NCBI GenBank assembly: GCA_037381445.1
Contig: JARRQT010000240.1
Span: 1 to 11,904 of the forward strand
Reading direction: 5' to 3'
DNA from: Calditrichia bacterium
Lineage (GTDB): Bacteria > Calditrichota > Calditrichia > RBG-13-44-9
DNA length: 11,904 nucleotides
Under the pieces are notes generated by a model. The model made no database searches and was not told where the DNA came from. It worked only from the letters and a program-made list of their open reading frames with translations. The stretch's first letter is position 1, and each line of letters begins with the position of its first letter. Positions 1 to 8,652 of this stretch are shown here, piece by piece. Both the position numbers and the translations under genes were made by a program.

Positions 1-240
1 TGGCTGCGGCGGGACAGTGAACTGGTATTCATTGCCTTTTCCATCGACTGCACCCATCTGGGCTGCCCGGTACGCTGGCTGCCGGAGGCAAACCTGTTTA
101 TGTGCCCCTGTCACGGCGGGGTTTATTATAAAGATGGCAGCGTGGCGGCTGGTCCGCCGCCGGAATCCCTGCGGCGCTATCCGGTGCGGGTGGTAAACAA
201 TACTGTGGAAATATATACCGGTCCGCTGCCGATCATCTGA
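1..240 (+). CDS. Rieske [2Fe-2S] subunit of a Rieske/cytochrome b complex (3' part; start is upstream of the window)
   Basis: Frame +1 translated by hand: WLRRDSELVFIAFSIDCTHLGCPVRWLPEANLFMCPCHGGVYYKDGSVAAGPPPESLRRYPVRVVNNTVEIYTGPLPII*. It has both Rieske boxes (CTHLGC, CPCHGG) and the GPPP loop, stops at TGA 238-240, and lies directly upstream of cytochrome b. Confidence 0.95.
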   Translation, partial: WLRRDSELVFIAFSIDCTHLGCPVRWLPEANLFMCPCHGGVYYKDGSVAAGPPPESLRRYPVRVVNNTVEIYTGPLPII

Positions 241-366
241 GATGAACCATGGCAGTTATCACTGCTTATGGAATAATTCGGATTGAGAAAACGAAAATAT
301 TAACAGACCGGAAAAGTAACCTGCAATTCAAAAAAATCGGTGATGATCATAAATGAGAAGAGGTAA

Positions 367-1776
367 ATGATGAAATCGTTGATAAAAATCTGGGAGTGGT
401 TTGACGACAGAACAGGAATCGCCAAGGCGCTGAAGACAGTGCTGGTGGAACATAAAGTGCCCAAAGGGTCCACCTGGCTGTATGTCTTCGGCAGCGCAAC
501 ACTGGTGGCGTTTATCATACAAATCATCACAGGCATTGCCCTGGCCACGATTTATGCGCCGTCGCCGGATGGTGCTTATCAGAGCCTTCAGTTTATCACC
601 AACAACAACTGGATAAGCCAATTTGTGCGGGCGCTTCATTATTGGGGTATGTCCGCCATGGTGATGCTGCTGGGCATTCACCTGATCCGTGTGTTTCTTA
701 CCGGCGCCTTCCGGTATCCTCGCGAAATGCATTGGATCAGCGGGGTGGTGCTGCTGGGATTAACGGTGGGCAACGCATTTACAGGGCAGTTGCTGCGCTG
801 GGACCAGAACGCGGTCTGGACGGCGGTGGTAGTGGCGGAGCAGGCGGCAAGGATCCCGTTTATCGGAGGAGCAGTGGCGCATTTCGCTTTGTCCGGTGAT
901 TTTATCGGTGCTGCCACCCTGAGCCACTTTTTCTCTTATCATGTCTTTGTTTTTCCCGGCCTGCTCATCGCTGTCATCGGATTTCATCTTTATCTGGTCC
1001 TGCGTAACGGCATTTCCGAACCCGCCAAGGCCGGCCGTCCGGTGGACCCTAAAAAATACCGGGCCTGGTACCAGGATTTGCTTAAAAGGGAGGGACGTCC
1101 GTTCTGGCCGGACGTTATGTGGCATGATGTGGCTTTTGGATTCTTTGTGATTGTAGCGGTCACTACCCTGGCGGCCGTCTTTGGGCCGCCGGCCCTGAGC
1201 AAACCGCCGAACCCGAGTATTATCGATGCATTGCCGCGTCCCGACTGGTATATGATGTGGTACTTCGCAGTGCTGGCGCTGAGCCCCCATACGGCGGAAC
1301 CCTATATCATGGTGGGCGCACCGCTGCTGGGCACTATTGTCCTGCTGCTGGTACCATTCCTGAAGAAGGGGGGAGGGGGCGAAAGACATCCCCTCAAGAG
1401 ACCCTGGGCGGTTGCCGCCACGTTGATGATTGTGATGTCTCTCGGAACGTTGTGGGTCCAGGGGGTTCACGCGCCCTGGTCGCCGGATTTTACAGCCAAG
1501 CCTTTGCCGGTATCGGTGATCGGGGATTCCACCGGCTTTGTTTTTGAAGGGGCCCAGCTTATGCATAAGAAGGGGTGCCTCTATTGCCACAATATCGCCG
1601 GAGACGGCGGTCACCGCGGACCCGAGCTGACCCATGTGGCAGACCGTCTGACTGAGGACCAGATGACGGTCCGGATCATGAACGGCGGCTACAACATGCC
1701 CGCATTCGCGGGCAGCCTCTCCGCAGAGGATCTGGAGAAAATTCTCGCATTTTTAAAGACAAGGAAATCGCACTGA
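367..1776 (+). CDS. Cytochrome b (b/b6 N-terminal + subunit IV-like domain) fused to a C-terminal monoheme cytochrome c
   Basis: Heme b ligand pairs H-x13-H (LHYWGMSAMVMLLGIHL) and H-x14-H (YHVFVFPGLLIAVIGFHL), YPREMHWISG, Qo-site motif PDWY, and a C-terminal CLYCH with distal Met (NMPAF). RBS GAGG just upstream of the start. Confidence 0.93.
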   Translation: MMKSLIKIWEWFDDRTGIAKALKTVLVEHKVPKGSTWLYVFGSATLVAFIIQIITGIALATIYAPSPDGAYQSLQFITNNNWISQFVRALHYWGMSAMVMLLGIHLIRVFLTGAFRYPREMHWISGVVLLGLTVGNAFTGQLLRWDQNAVWTAVVVAEQAARIPFIGGAVAHFALSGDFIGAATLSHFFSYHVFVFPGLLIAVIGFHLYLVLRNGISEPAKAGRPVDPKKYRAWYQDLLKREGRPFWPDVMWHDVAFGFFVIVAVTTLAAVFGPPALSKPPNPSIIDALPRPDWYMMWYFAVLALSPHTAEPYIMVGAPLLGTIVLLLVPFLKKGGGGERHPLKRPWAVAATLMIVMSLGTLWVQGVHAPWSPDFTAKPLPVSVIGDSTGFVFEGAQLMHKKGCLYCHNIAGDGGHRGPELTHVADRLTEDQMTVRIMNGGYNMPAFAGSLSAEDLEKILAFLKTRKSH

Positions 1777-1854
1777 AAATGAAAAGCGGGGCGCCGTTGG
1801 TTTGGAAAAACAGGAAGATAAAAATGCATGTTAACAGCAATACGGAGGGAGTAC

Positions 1855-2926
1855 ATGAAGAGCAAAAGCGTAAATGAAAAAGAATTATACAATGCCCGCC
1901 TGCATTACTTCGCCATCGTGACCTCTATTGCGGCAACGCTGCTGATTATCGCGGGAGCGCTGGTCACCAGCACCGGTTCTGGAGATTCCGTGCCGGACTG
2001 GCCGCTGGCTTACGGGTCGCTCACTCCCCCCATGGTGGGGGGCATTGTGTTTGAGTACAGCCACCGGCTCATTGCCGGAATGACCGCCACGCTGGTGGGT
2101 ATCCTGGCGATCTGGCTGTGGTTTTCCCGTCCGCGGCGCAAAATCCGCTGGCTGGGACTGGCGGCTTTTCTGGCGGTGCTTGCCCAGGCGGTGCTGGGCG
2201 GGCTGCGGGTGATGGTGGTTTCCAATGAAGCCGTGCGCCAGTTTGTGGGGTTCTTCATCGGCAGCATGAATTTCGATTCCTACCGCCTGTTTTTTGCCAC
2301 GGCGCATGGTATTCTGGGACAAACCGTGCTTTTTCTGCTTTTCTCCATCACGCTTTTTCTGTCGGAATCCTGGATTAAATCGCAGCAGAACGGAAAGGAA
2401 ATTCGCCTGGCGCCAGGTGCGCGGGGGATGAGCCTGCTGCTTTTCGGGGCCGTATTCATCCAGCTCTGTCTGGGCACCCTGATCCGCCACGCGGACGCCT
2501 CGCTGGTGATACCCGATTTCCCGCTCGCCTTCGGCAGGATCATTCCGCCTTTCTATCTCCCCGGCTATGGCCGGCGATTTTGCTTTCCGGGTGGCGCTGC
2601 AGTTCTCCCACCGGGTGATGGCGCTGATCATACTGGGACTGGCGGTTTATTTCTTTATTACCTACCGGAAGACTTTCCGGATCGGCAATATTGTCAAAAT
2701 ATTGTTTGGCCTGGTGCTGATTCAGGTGACCCTGGGGGCCTCCAATATCTGGGCGAAAATCCCGGTCTATACCACAGTCCCCCATGTAGCGGTTGGCGCT
2801 TTGATCCTGGCCAGCAGCGTGGTTCTGACCCTGTGGGTGTGGCGCTTTCGGCGGGAAGCGGTAGCGATCCGGTACCCTGCAAAAAAGACGCCTGTTAAAG
2901 AGGCAGAACCGGTGGCGGCCGGTTGA
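1855..2926 (+). pseudogene. ctaA: COX15/CtaA family heme A synthase-like protein, split by a frameshift near 2545-2560 (pseudogene or sequencing error)
   Basis: N-half: GALVTSTGSGDSVPDWP, FEYSHRL, ATAHG, and the internal repeat IPDFPLAFG. C-half in another frame (ORF 2567..2926): QFSHRVMA, VLIQVTLG, VPHVAVGALIL. Removing one base near 2554 joins them (IIPPF-ISPAMAGDF). RBS GGAGGG at 1844-1849 supports ATG 1855. Confidence 0.8.
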
Positions 2927-2959
2927 TGGACGATAGTAAGGGCATGCAAAAGAATAAGA

Positions 2960-3217
2960 TAACGTGAGTTCGATGTAATAAAAATGTCAATTGAATTATG
3001 TTAGAAACTATTCCCAAATGTCATTCCCAGTCTACCCCTGTGGGGCATGCTTTTAGCGGGAATCCACTGTAAAAGGACTGCAATTTGTTCTTCCCTGATT
3101 CACTGGATTCCCCTGGATGGACCACTCTGTGGCGGCAATCCCCCGCAACAAGCGCGGGGCAGGCTCTGCCGGAATGACAATTTTGTTCGGAAAAGTTCTT
3201 AACTCGAACTCACATTA
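2960..3217. mobile_element. MITE-like non-autonomous element with 14-bp terminal inverted repeats
   Basis: TAACGTGAGTTCGA (2960-2973) and TCGAACTCACATTA (3204-3217) match as an inverted repeat at 13/14. No ORF inside; intergenic. Confidence 0.65.
3019..3179. repeat. Nested palindromic repeat of the GTCATTCC...GGGAATCCA / TGGATTCCC...GGAATGAC type
   Basis: Outer IR TGTCATTCC (3019-3027)/GGAATGACA (3171-3179); inner IR GGGAATCCA (3058-3066)/TGGATTCCC (3104-3112); small hairpin CCCCGC (3141-3146)/GCGGGG (3154-3159). Confidence 0.7.
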
Positions 3218-3273
3218 ATTAACGGAGAATTCCCCGGCGCCAAAATATAATCGTGAGGAGAACTATTTCAGAT

Positions 3274-3693
3274 ATGCTGATTTCCATAAAGCATCTGCCG
3301 GCTGTGAACGCGGTTTTGAATGGAACCAGCTTCATTCTTCTGCTGCTGGCCTTTTATTTCATCAAACGGAGAATGATCAAAACCCACCGCGGAGTCATGC
3401 TGGCGGCATTCGGCACTTCAATTCTTTTTCTGGTCTCCTATCTTACCTATCACTACCAGGTGGGGACGGTCCATTTCATGAAGCAGGGGTGGATCAGGCC
3501 GGTCTATTTCTCCATTCTGGCCACCCATACCGTGCTGGCGGCGTCCATCGTGCCGCTGGCCATCATTACCCTGAGCCGCGGTCTGCGGGCCAATTTCGGC
3601 AGGCATGTAAGGATTGCCCGCTGGACGCTGCCCATCTGGCTTTATGTTTCGGTGACCGGGGTGGTTATCTATTTTCTGCTGTATCAGCTTTAA
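3274..3693 (+). CDS. DUF420 family membrane protein (oxidase-cluster associated)
   Basis: LPAVNAVLN, HRGVMLAAF, FLVSYLTYH, YFSILATH, HVRIARWTLPIWLYVSVTGVVIY are characteristic of DUF420. Alternative GTG start at 3253. Confidence 0.88.
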   Translation: MLISIKHLPAVNAVLNGTSFILLLLAFYFIKRRMIKTHRGVMLAAFGTSILFLVSYLTYHYQVGTVHFMKQGWIRPVYFSILATHTVLAASIVPLAIITLSRGLRANFGRHVRIARWTLPIWLYVSVTGVVIYFLLYQL

Positions 3694-3776
3694 CGGGAAC
3701 GGCGATTTGAATTTCTTTATGCCCGGTTTCCGCAGACGGAAACCGCTGCAGCAGTCTTTGAATAGGGAGCGAGCGT

Positions 3777-4292
3777 ATGAATACAGGTTTTGGGGCCTTT
3801 TCAGGTAATTTGGACAAGATGCTGATTCTGCCCGCAGCGGCGGTCTGCGCGGTTCTGCTGTTCCTGACGACGATTCTGATGCTCTGGTTTGCCCTGCGGC
3901 GGAATGTATCCCACCGTCCGAAACTGAAAAACATCACGATAAATACTGGCGCTGAGATAGTGCTCATTATCATTCCCGGCCTGCTGGTGCTGGGTATGTT
4001 CTATTACGGCTGGAAAGGCTATCCACCGCATAGCGGTTTCGCCCAAAATACCAATCCGAAGACCGCCGCGGTTTCCGGGACACTCGGTTTGGATTCTTCG
4101 AATATAACGGCCAATGATTCCCTGCCGTTTTTTGCGGACATTCATAAAAGAATATCGCCCGGAGTCTTCCTGAAAAGAGATGTTTCCTTCCCTTCCGGTT
4201 CAATAATTACGGGACCGGAAATTTATTTCCTCCGCCATTATTCGAATTACAGGGGCTTCCCGAATTTTCAGATATACTGTCTACCCGAATAG
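3777..4292 (+). CDS. Cytochrome c oxidase subunit II transmembrane-domain-like protein lacking the CuA domain (possibly a truncated or degenerate coxB)
   Basis: Two TM helices with NITINTGAEIVLIIIPGLLVLGMFYYGWKGY, resembling the N-x-x-L-E-x-x-W-x-x-I-P region of COX2_TM. No CuA motif (C-x-E-x-C-G-x-x-H-x-x-M) in the C-terminal tail. RBS GGGAG upstream. Confidence 0.55.
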   Translation: MNTGFGAFSGNLDKMLILPAAAVCAVLLFLTTILMLWFALRRNVSHRPKLKNITINTGAEIVLIIIPGLLVLGMFYYGWKGYPPHSGFAQNTNPKTAAVSGTLGLDSSNITANDSLPFFADIHKRISPGVFLKRDVSFPSGSIITGPEIYFLRHYSNYRGFPNFQIYCLPE

Positions 4293-4416
4293 AAGGGCGC
4301 GGGCCATTCCCGAACAGAAAACAGGGCAGCAGCGCCTTCGTTTAAAGCACTCCACATAATTCCCGGCAGCTCTTCCATAAATATTATTTTCATTCCCGTG
4401 AAATAACGAACACTTC

Positions 4417-4445
4417 TTGATTAAGAGAGTAATATTTTTTAAAAT
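4417..4445 (+). promoter_or_regulatory. Putative sigma70-type promoter of purL
   Basis: TTGATT (4417-4422), 17 bp spacer, TAAAAT (4440-4445); RBS GGAGA at 4466-4470 before ATG 4477. Confidence 0.45.
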
Positions 4446-4476
4446 TACAGGCTTGTGAGAATCATGGAGATGAAAG

Positions 4477-6702
4477 ATGAATGAACCGAAAGTAACCCTT
4501 GAACTGGCTCGGCAGCACGGACTGACTGACGAAGAGTATGCGCGGATCAAAGAGATTTTGGGAAGAATCCCTACCTATACCGAACTGGGAATATTTTCAG
4601 TGATGTGGAGCGAGCACTGCTCCTATAAAAATTCCATCGCCGAATTGAAGAAACTTCCCCGCAGCGGCGGACGCCTGCTGGTGGGAGCGGGGGAGGAGAA
4701 TGCCGGTCTGGTGGACATTGGCGACGGACTGGCTGTCTGTTTCAAGATAGAGAGTCATAATCATCCTTCCGCGGTGGAGCCCTACCAGGGGGCCGCCACC
4801 GGTGTGGGCGGAATTATGCGTGACATTTTTACCATGGGCGCCCGTCCCATTGCCGGGCTTGATTCTTTGCGTTTCGGCAAACTGGACAAGGCCCGTAACC
4901 GCTACCTGGTTGACGGCGTGGTGCGGGGCATCGCCGATTACGGCAACTGCCTGGGCGTTCCCACCGTGGCCGGTGAAATTTATTTCGAAGACTGCTACAG
5001 CGGAAATCCGCTGGTGAATGCCATGACCGTTGGGATCGTGGACCACGACAAGACTGCTTCGGCGGTGGCCCGGGGAGAGGGCAATCCGGTGTTTATCATC
5101 GGTTCCCGCACCGGTAGGGACGGAATTCATGGCGCCACCTTCGCTTCGGAAGAACTGACCGAGAAATCCGAGGAGCGCCGTCCCAATGTGCAGGTGGGGG
5201 ACCCCTTTACCGAAAAACTGCTGCTGGAAGCCAGCCTGGAGATGATCCGGGAGAAGATTCTGATCGGCATTCAGGATATGGGGGCGGCCGGCATTACCTG
5301 CAGCACCACCGAGATGAGCGCCAAAGGCGAAAGCGGAATGGTGATAGACCTGGACAAAGTGCCCATCCGCGAGGAGGGCATGTCCGCCTACGAGATCATG
5401 CTGTCCGAATCCCAGGAACGCAGGCTGGCGGTAGTCAAGACAGGCCCTGAACAGCGCATGAAGGAAATCTGCGATAAATGGGAACTGATTTGCGAAGAGG
5501 TGGGGTACGTGACGGACGAACCGCTGCTCACCGTGCACCATAAAGGGGAAGTGGTGGCGCAGGTGCCGCCTTACTATTGCGTGCTGGGCGGCGGCGCGCC
5601 GGTTTATCACCGGGATTATCAGCGTCCCCGCTACCTGGACGAGATCCGGCATCTTGACATGGAACATTTGAAACCGGCGGACAATCTGCAGGACGCCTTC
5701 CTGCGGGTATTCTCCTCCTCGAACATAGTTTCAAAACACTGGGTTTACGAGCAGTACGACCACATGGTGCGCACCAACACTTCCGTCTATCCCGGCGGAG
5801 ACGCCGCGGTCATCCGCATCAAAAAGACCAATAAAGCCATTGCCATGAAGACCGACGGGAACGGCCGTTACGTCTACCTGGATCCCCGGCGCGGGGCGCA
5901 GATAGCGGTGGCGGAGGCCGCCCGCAATGTGGCGTGCAGCGGGGGCGAGCCGCTGGCGGTGACCAACTGCCTGAATTTCGGCAATCCCTACAAGCCGGAC
6001 ATGTTCTACCAGTTCCGGGAAGCGGTGGCCGGGATGGGAGAAGCATGCACTGTTTTCAATACCCCGGTGACGGGCGGGAACGTGAGCTTCTACAACGAGA
6101 GCCCGGACAGCGCGGTTTATCCCACGCCGGTGATCGGCATGGTGGGCCTGGTGGAAAACCTGCAGGAAATTACCCCGGCTTATTTCCGGGAAGAGGGCGA
6201 TCTCATTTACCTGGTCGGCGAGACCCGCGCGGAAATCGGGGGCAGCGAATTTTTGAAGGAATACTACGGCATGGTGAAAGGGGAATGTCCGGCCATCGAT
6301 CTGCAGCATGAGCGGAAGGTGCAGCAGGCGCTGCTGGCCGCCATCCGGGCAGGCCGGGTGCGTTCCGCCCACGATGTTTCCGACGGCGGATTGATTATCG
6401 CCCTGGCGGAAAGCTGCATCGTGAACCGGGACAACCCGCTGGGTGCAGAAATACAGCTGGATACCGCCGGGATGCGGCCGGAATGGTTCCTGTTCAGCGA
6501 GACCCAGTCGCGCATCGTGATCTCCGTGAAACCGGAACACGGTGCCGATATTGAAAAACATTTCCGGGCGCAGGACATTCCCGTCTGGCATATCGGTAAC
6601 GTGAAGGGACAGAACCTGCGGGTGAATGATGTGATCGATGTCCCTCTGACCCGCCTGACGGACATTTTTTATAACCGCCTGGGCGAGCTGATGGAAGGGT
6701 AG
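4477..6702 (+). CDS. purL: Phosphoribosylformylglycinamidine synthase subunit PurL (small type)
   Basis: [86 protein letters not shown]; 741 aa full length. Confidence 0.98.
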   Translation: MNEPKVTLELARQHGLTDEEYARIKEILGRIPTYTELGIFSVMWSEHCSYKNSIAELKKLPRSGGRLLVGAGEENAGLVDIGDGLAVCFKIESHNHPSAVEPYQGAATGVGGIMRDIFTMGARPIAGLDSLRFGKLDKARNRYLVDGVVRGIADYGNCLGVPTVAGEIYFEDCYSGNPLVNAMTVGIVDHDKTASAVARGEGNPVFIIGSRTGRDGIHGATFASEELTEKSEERRPNVQVGDPFTEKLLLEASLEMIREKILIGIQDMGAAGITCSTTEMSAKGESGMVIDLDKVPIREEGMSAYEIMLSESQERRLAVVKTGPEQRMKEICDKWELICEEVGYVTDEPLLTVHHKGEVVAQVPPYYCVLGGGAPVYHRDYQRPRYLDEIRHLDMEHLKPADNLQDAFLRVFSSSNIVSKHWVYEQYDHMVRTNTSVYPGGDAAVIRIKKTNKAIAMKTDGNGRYVYLDPRRGAQIAVAEAARNVACSGGEPLAVTNCLNFGNPYKPDMFYQFREAVAGMGEACTVFNTPVTGGNVSFYNESPDSAVYPTPVIGMVGLVENLQEITPAYFREEGDLIYLVGETRAEIGGSEFLKEYYGMVKGECPAIDLQHERKVQQALLAAIRAGRVRSAHDVSDGGLIIALAESCIVNRDNPLGAEIQLDTAGMRPEWFLFSETQSRIVISVKPEHGADIEKHFRAQDIPVWHIGNVKGQNLRVNDVIDVPLTRLTDIFYNRLGELMEG

Positions 6703-6821
6703 TTTTCTTCGGCGGTCATCCTGACAGAGATGCCGGAAAATTGGGATGTAGACAAATAAGGGTGCAGCACGCTCACTCGTCTGCAATATGCTAATTGCTT
6801 GTGCGATGAATATTTTTATTG

Positions 6822-6914
6822 CTCCATCACTCCAATACTCCAATTCTGCAATACTCCAATACTGCAATACTGCAATACTCCAATACTGCACTACGGCAAT
6901 ACTCCAATACTCCA
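6822..6914. repeat. 8-bp tandem repeat array, consensus CT(C/G)CAATA, 11 full units plus one partial
   Basis: Units read directly: CTCCATCA CTCCAATA CTCCAATT CTGCAATA CTCCAATA CTGCAATA CTGCAATA CTCCAATA CTGCACTA CGGCAATA CTCCAATA CTCCA. Confidence 0.92.
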
Positions 6915-7091
6915 CCCCGCGCCGGTCCCTGTGCTGTGCAATGCGGAACCGCAACCGGCTGACGTGCCTCGCTCCGAATTTTTATCACATTTGCTCTTGC
7001 ATATTATCGCCCCATCAGATAACTTACCAGTGTATTATCCCGATATTGATTTAACAGCGCCGCAAAAGATTTCTTGTTTTATCATAAATTG

Positions 7092-7125
7092 AAAAAATGG
7101 CGGCCGCGATGGCTGTCTGTTTTTT
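7092..7125. terminator. Possible bidirectional rho-independent terminator
   Basis: A6 tract, stem GGCGGCC (7099-7105), 5-nt loop, GGCTGTC (7111-7117, two G-U pairs), then TGTTTTTT. Confidence 0.35.
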
Positions 7126-7262
7126 AATCCATTTGCTGAAATCCCCGGCGGGCTGTCAGGGAATGGTTCGAATGGCCGCCGCAAACTGAAACCGCCCGCC
7201 GGCCATGGTGAGCAGATTTTGGCGATGGATGCATTGAACACAAATTCCGGGAGAATTAACAG

Positions 7263-8014
7263 ATGAACGCTTTGCCGGATATAAATGCCATCCCGGTTTA
7301 TGAGGATGTGCAGCAGGAGCTTATTTCACTGCTGAAGTCCTTGTCGCCTGAGGAATGGAATTACCCGACGTCCAGCACAAAATGGAGGGTGAAGGATATT
7401 GTGGCCCACTGCTGGTTTTTCTGAATGATCTGAATAATACCTGGGTCAGGGCGGCGGAACGTCTGAGTCCTGCCTTGCTCATCGAGCTGACGGCGTTTGC
7501 CGCGCCGAAGGTCGTCAGGCATTTCCGGGGCCTGGACCCGAAAGGAATCGCCCTGTTTGGCGTTGCCTGGGCCGGTGAGGAGGAATCGGAGAACTGGTTC
7601 GACATTGCCCGCGAATACAGTGAAAAATGGCATCACCAGCAGCAGATCAGGGAAGCGGCGGGCAGGCCGCTCCTGGTCGGCCGGAAATGGCTGTCCCCGC
7701 TGATCGCCACCCTTATCCGGGGCGTGCCGCCCGTTTACAACAGGCATGCGGGCGGCAGCGGCAGCCGGAAAATTGAAATCCGCGTTTCAGGCGCCATTGA
7801 AGACAGTTGGCTGCTGGCCGGGGAGAACGGCCGCTGGCGGCTTTTTGCGGCGGGCGACGTAAAACCGGATACCGTCATTGAAATGGATGATGACACCGCC
7901 TGGCGCCTGTTCACCAGGAATATTTCCGAAGAGGCTTCACTGGAACGTCTCCGGATAAGCGGGGACAGGGCGCTGGGGGGCCTCATCGCGAAGACCTGTT
8001 CTTATCTGAAGTAA
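7263..8014 (+). pseudogene. Maleylpyruvate isomerase / MDMPI (DinB-superfamily) family protein, disrupted by an apparent internal deletion with frameshift near 7410
   Basis: ATG 7263 (RBS GGGAG) gives MNALPDINAIPVYEDVQQELISLLKSLSPEEWNYPTSSTKWRVKDIVAH then CWFF* (TGA 7422-7424). The other frame continues LVFLNDLNNTWVRAAERLSP...VAWAGEEESENWFDIAREYSEKWHHQQQIREA...DDDTAWRLFT. W-x-V-K-D-x-x-A-H and E-x-W-H-H-x-Q-Q-I are family motifs. Confidence 0.75.
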
Positions 8015-8391
8015 AGCCGGGATGCCGGAAGCGAAACAGCGGCCGGCGCCAACAGCGGGAATGCGGAAGCCATTGCGTTGGATTGGAGCTGAATGCATCT
8101 GCAAAAAGCTATCAAAGAATGGTGATCATGTAATGAAGAGTTATGAGCGGGGGATTTTATTTAAGAAGCTGGAATTGCATCGAGGAATTTGCTGACTAAC
8201 CGCAGTAGACTTATATACCGCAATTCGCTTTCCGCGCGGTTTTTCATTTTTTTATTTGCTTTTTATAGGCTTGGAAAATAATTTGGAAATGCATTACATG
8301 AAAATTTATCATATACCAGGATAAAAAATTTCTTTTTGTTGTAATTGGAATTGAAAATATAGGGCAGTAAAAAATTATCTATGGTTGTAGG

Positions 8392-8400
8392 TGCTATAAT
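8392..8400 (+). promoter_or_regulatory. Perfect extended -10 element (TGnTATAAT) upstream of the ATPase/helicase operon
   Basis: TGCTATAAT at 8392-8400, ~250 bp before ATG 8653; RBS AAGGAG at 8638-8643. The AT-rich background lowers specificity. Confidence 0.4.
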
Positions 8401-8652
8401 TTCCATAGAAAAAATTGTTGGCATTATCTACTTCCAATACTTCCGGTTATGGATTTTATGCAATTTACTGCCGCCTGCAATTTCATTGCAATAGGAAAGT
8501 CTGCTAGAAACGTGATTATTGTTGGTTCTATGGTTTGCATCATATTAGCAAAATATAATCTCTACCTATTCTTATTATTTTGATAGGCTTGAGCTTTTAT
8601 TAAAATCAATCGAATTCTAAAACATTGTTTAAACTTCAAGGAGCTTTGTGCG

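Noticed and set aside
2555..2898. C-terminal tail of the 356-aa ORF as real protein
   Set aside because: Out-of-frame read-through after the frameshift; the CtaA motifs continue in the 2567..2926 frame.
4477..6702. purL without adjacent purQ/purS, and SESQERR instead of the usual SESQERM
   Set aside because: Dispersed pur genes are common, and one substitution in an otherwise intact gene is not enough to infer altered function.
6822..6914. CRISPR array
   Set aside because: Contiguous 8-bp units with no unique spacers and no cas genes.
4597..6954. Long minus-strand ORFs (356 aa, 407 aa) opposite purL
   Set aside because: Antisense shadows of a GC3-rich gene with no motifs; the same applies to 760..1635 and 1885..2631.
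6788..7092. ORFs 6788..7054 and 6799..7092 with LQYCNT/TPILQ repeats
   Set aside because: The peptide repeats are by-products of the octamer DNA array, which is open in several frames; no RBS or recognisable domain.
8424..8543. 39-aa minus-strand ORF (MMQTIEPTIITFLADFPIAMKLQ...) divergent from the ATPase as a possible regulator
   Set aside because: Too short, no HTH or other motif; expected by chance.
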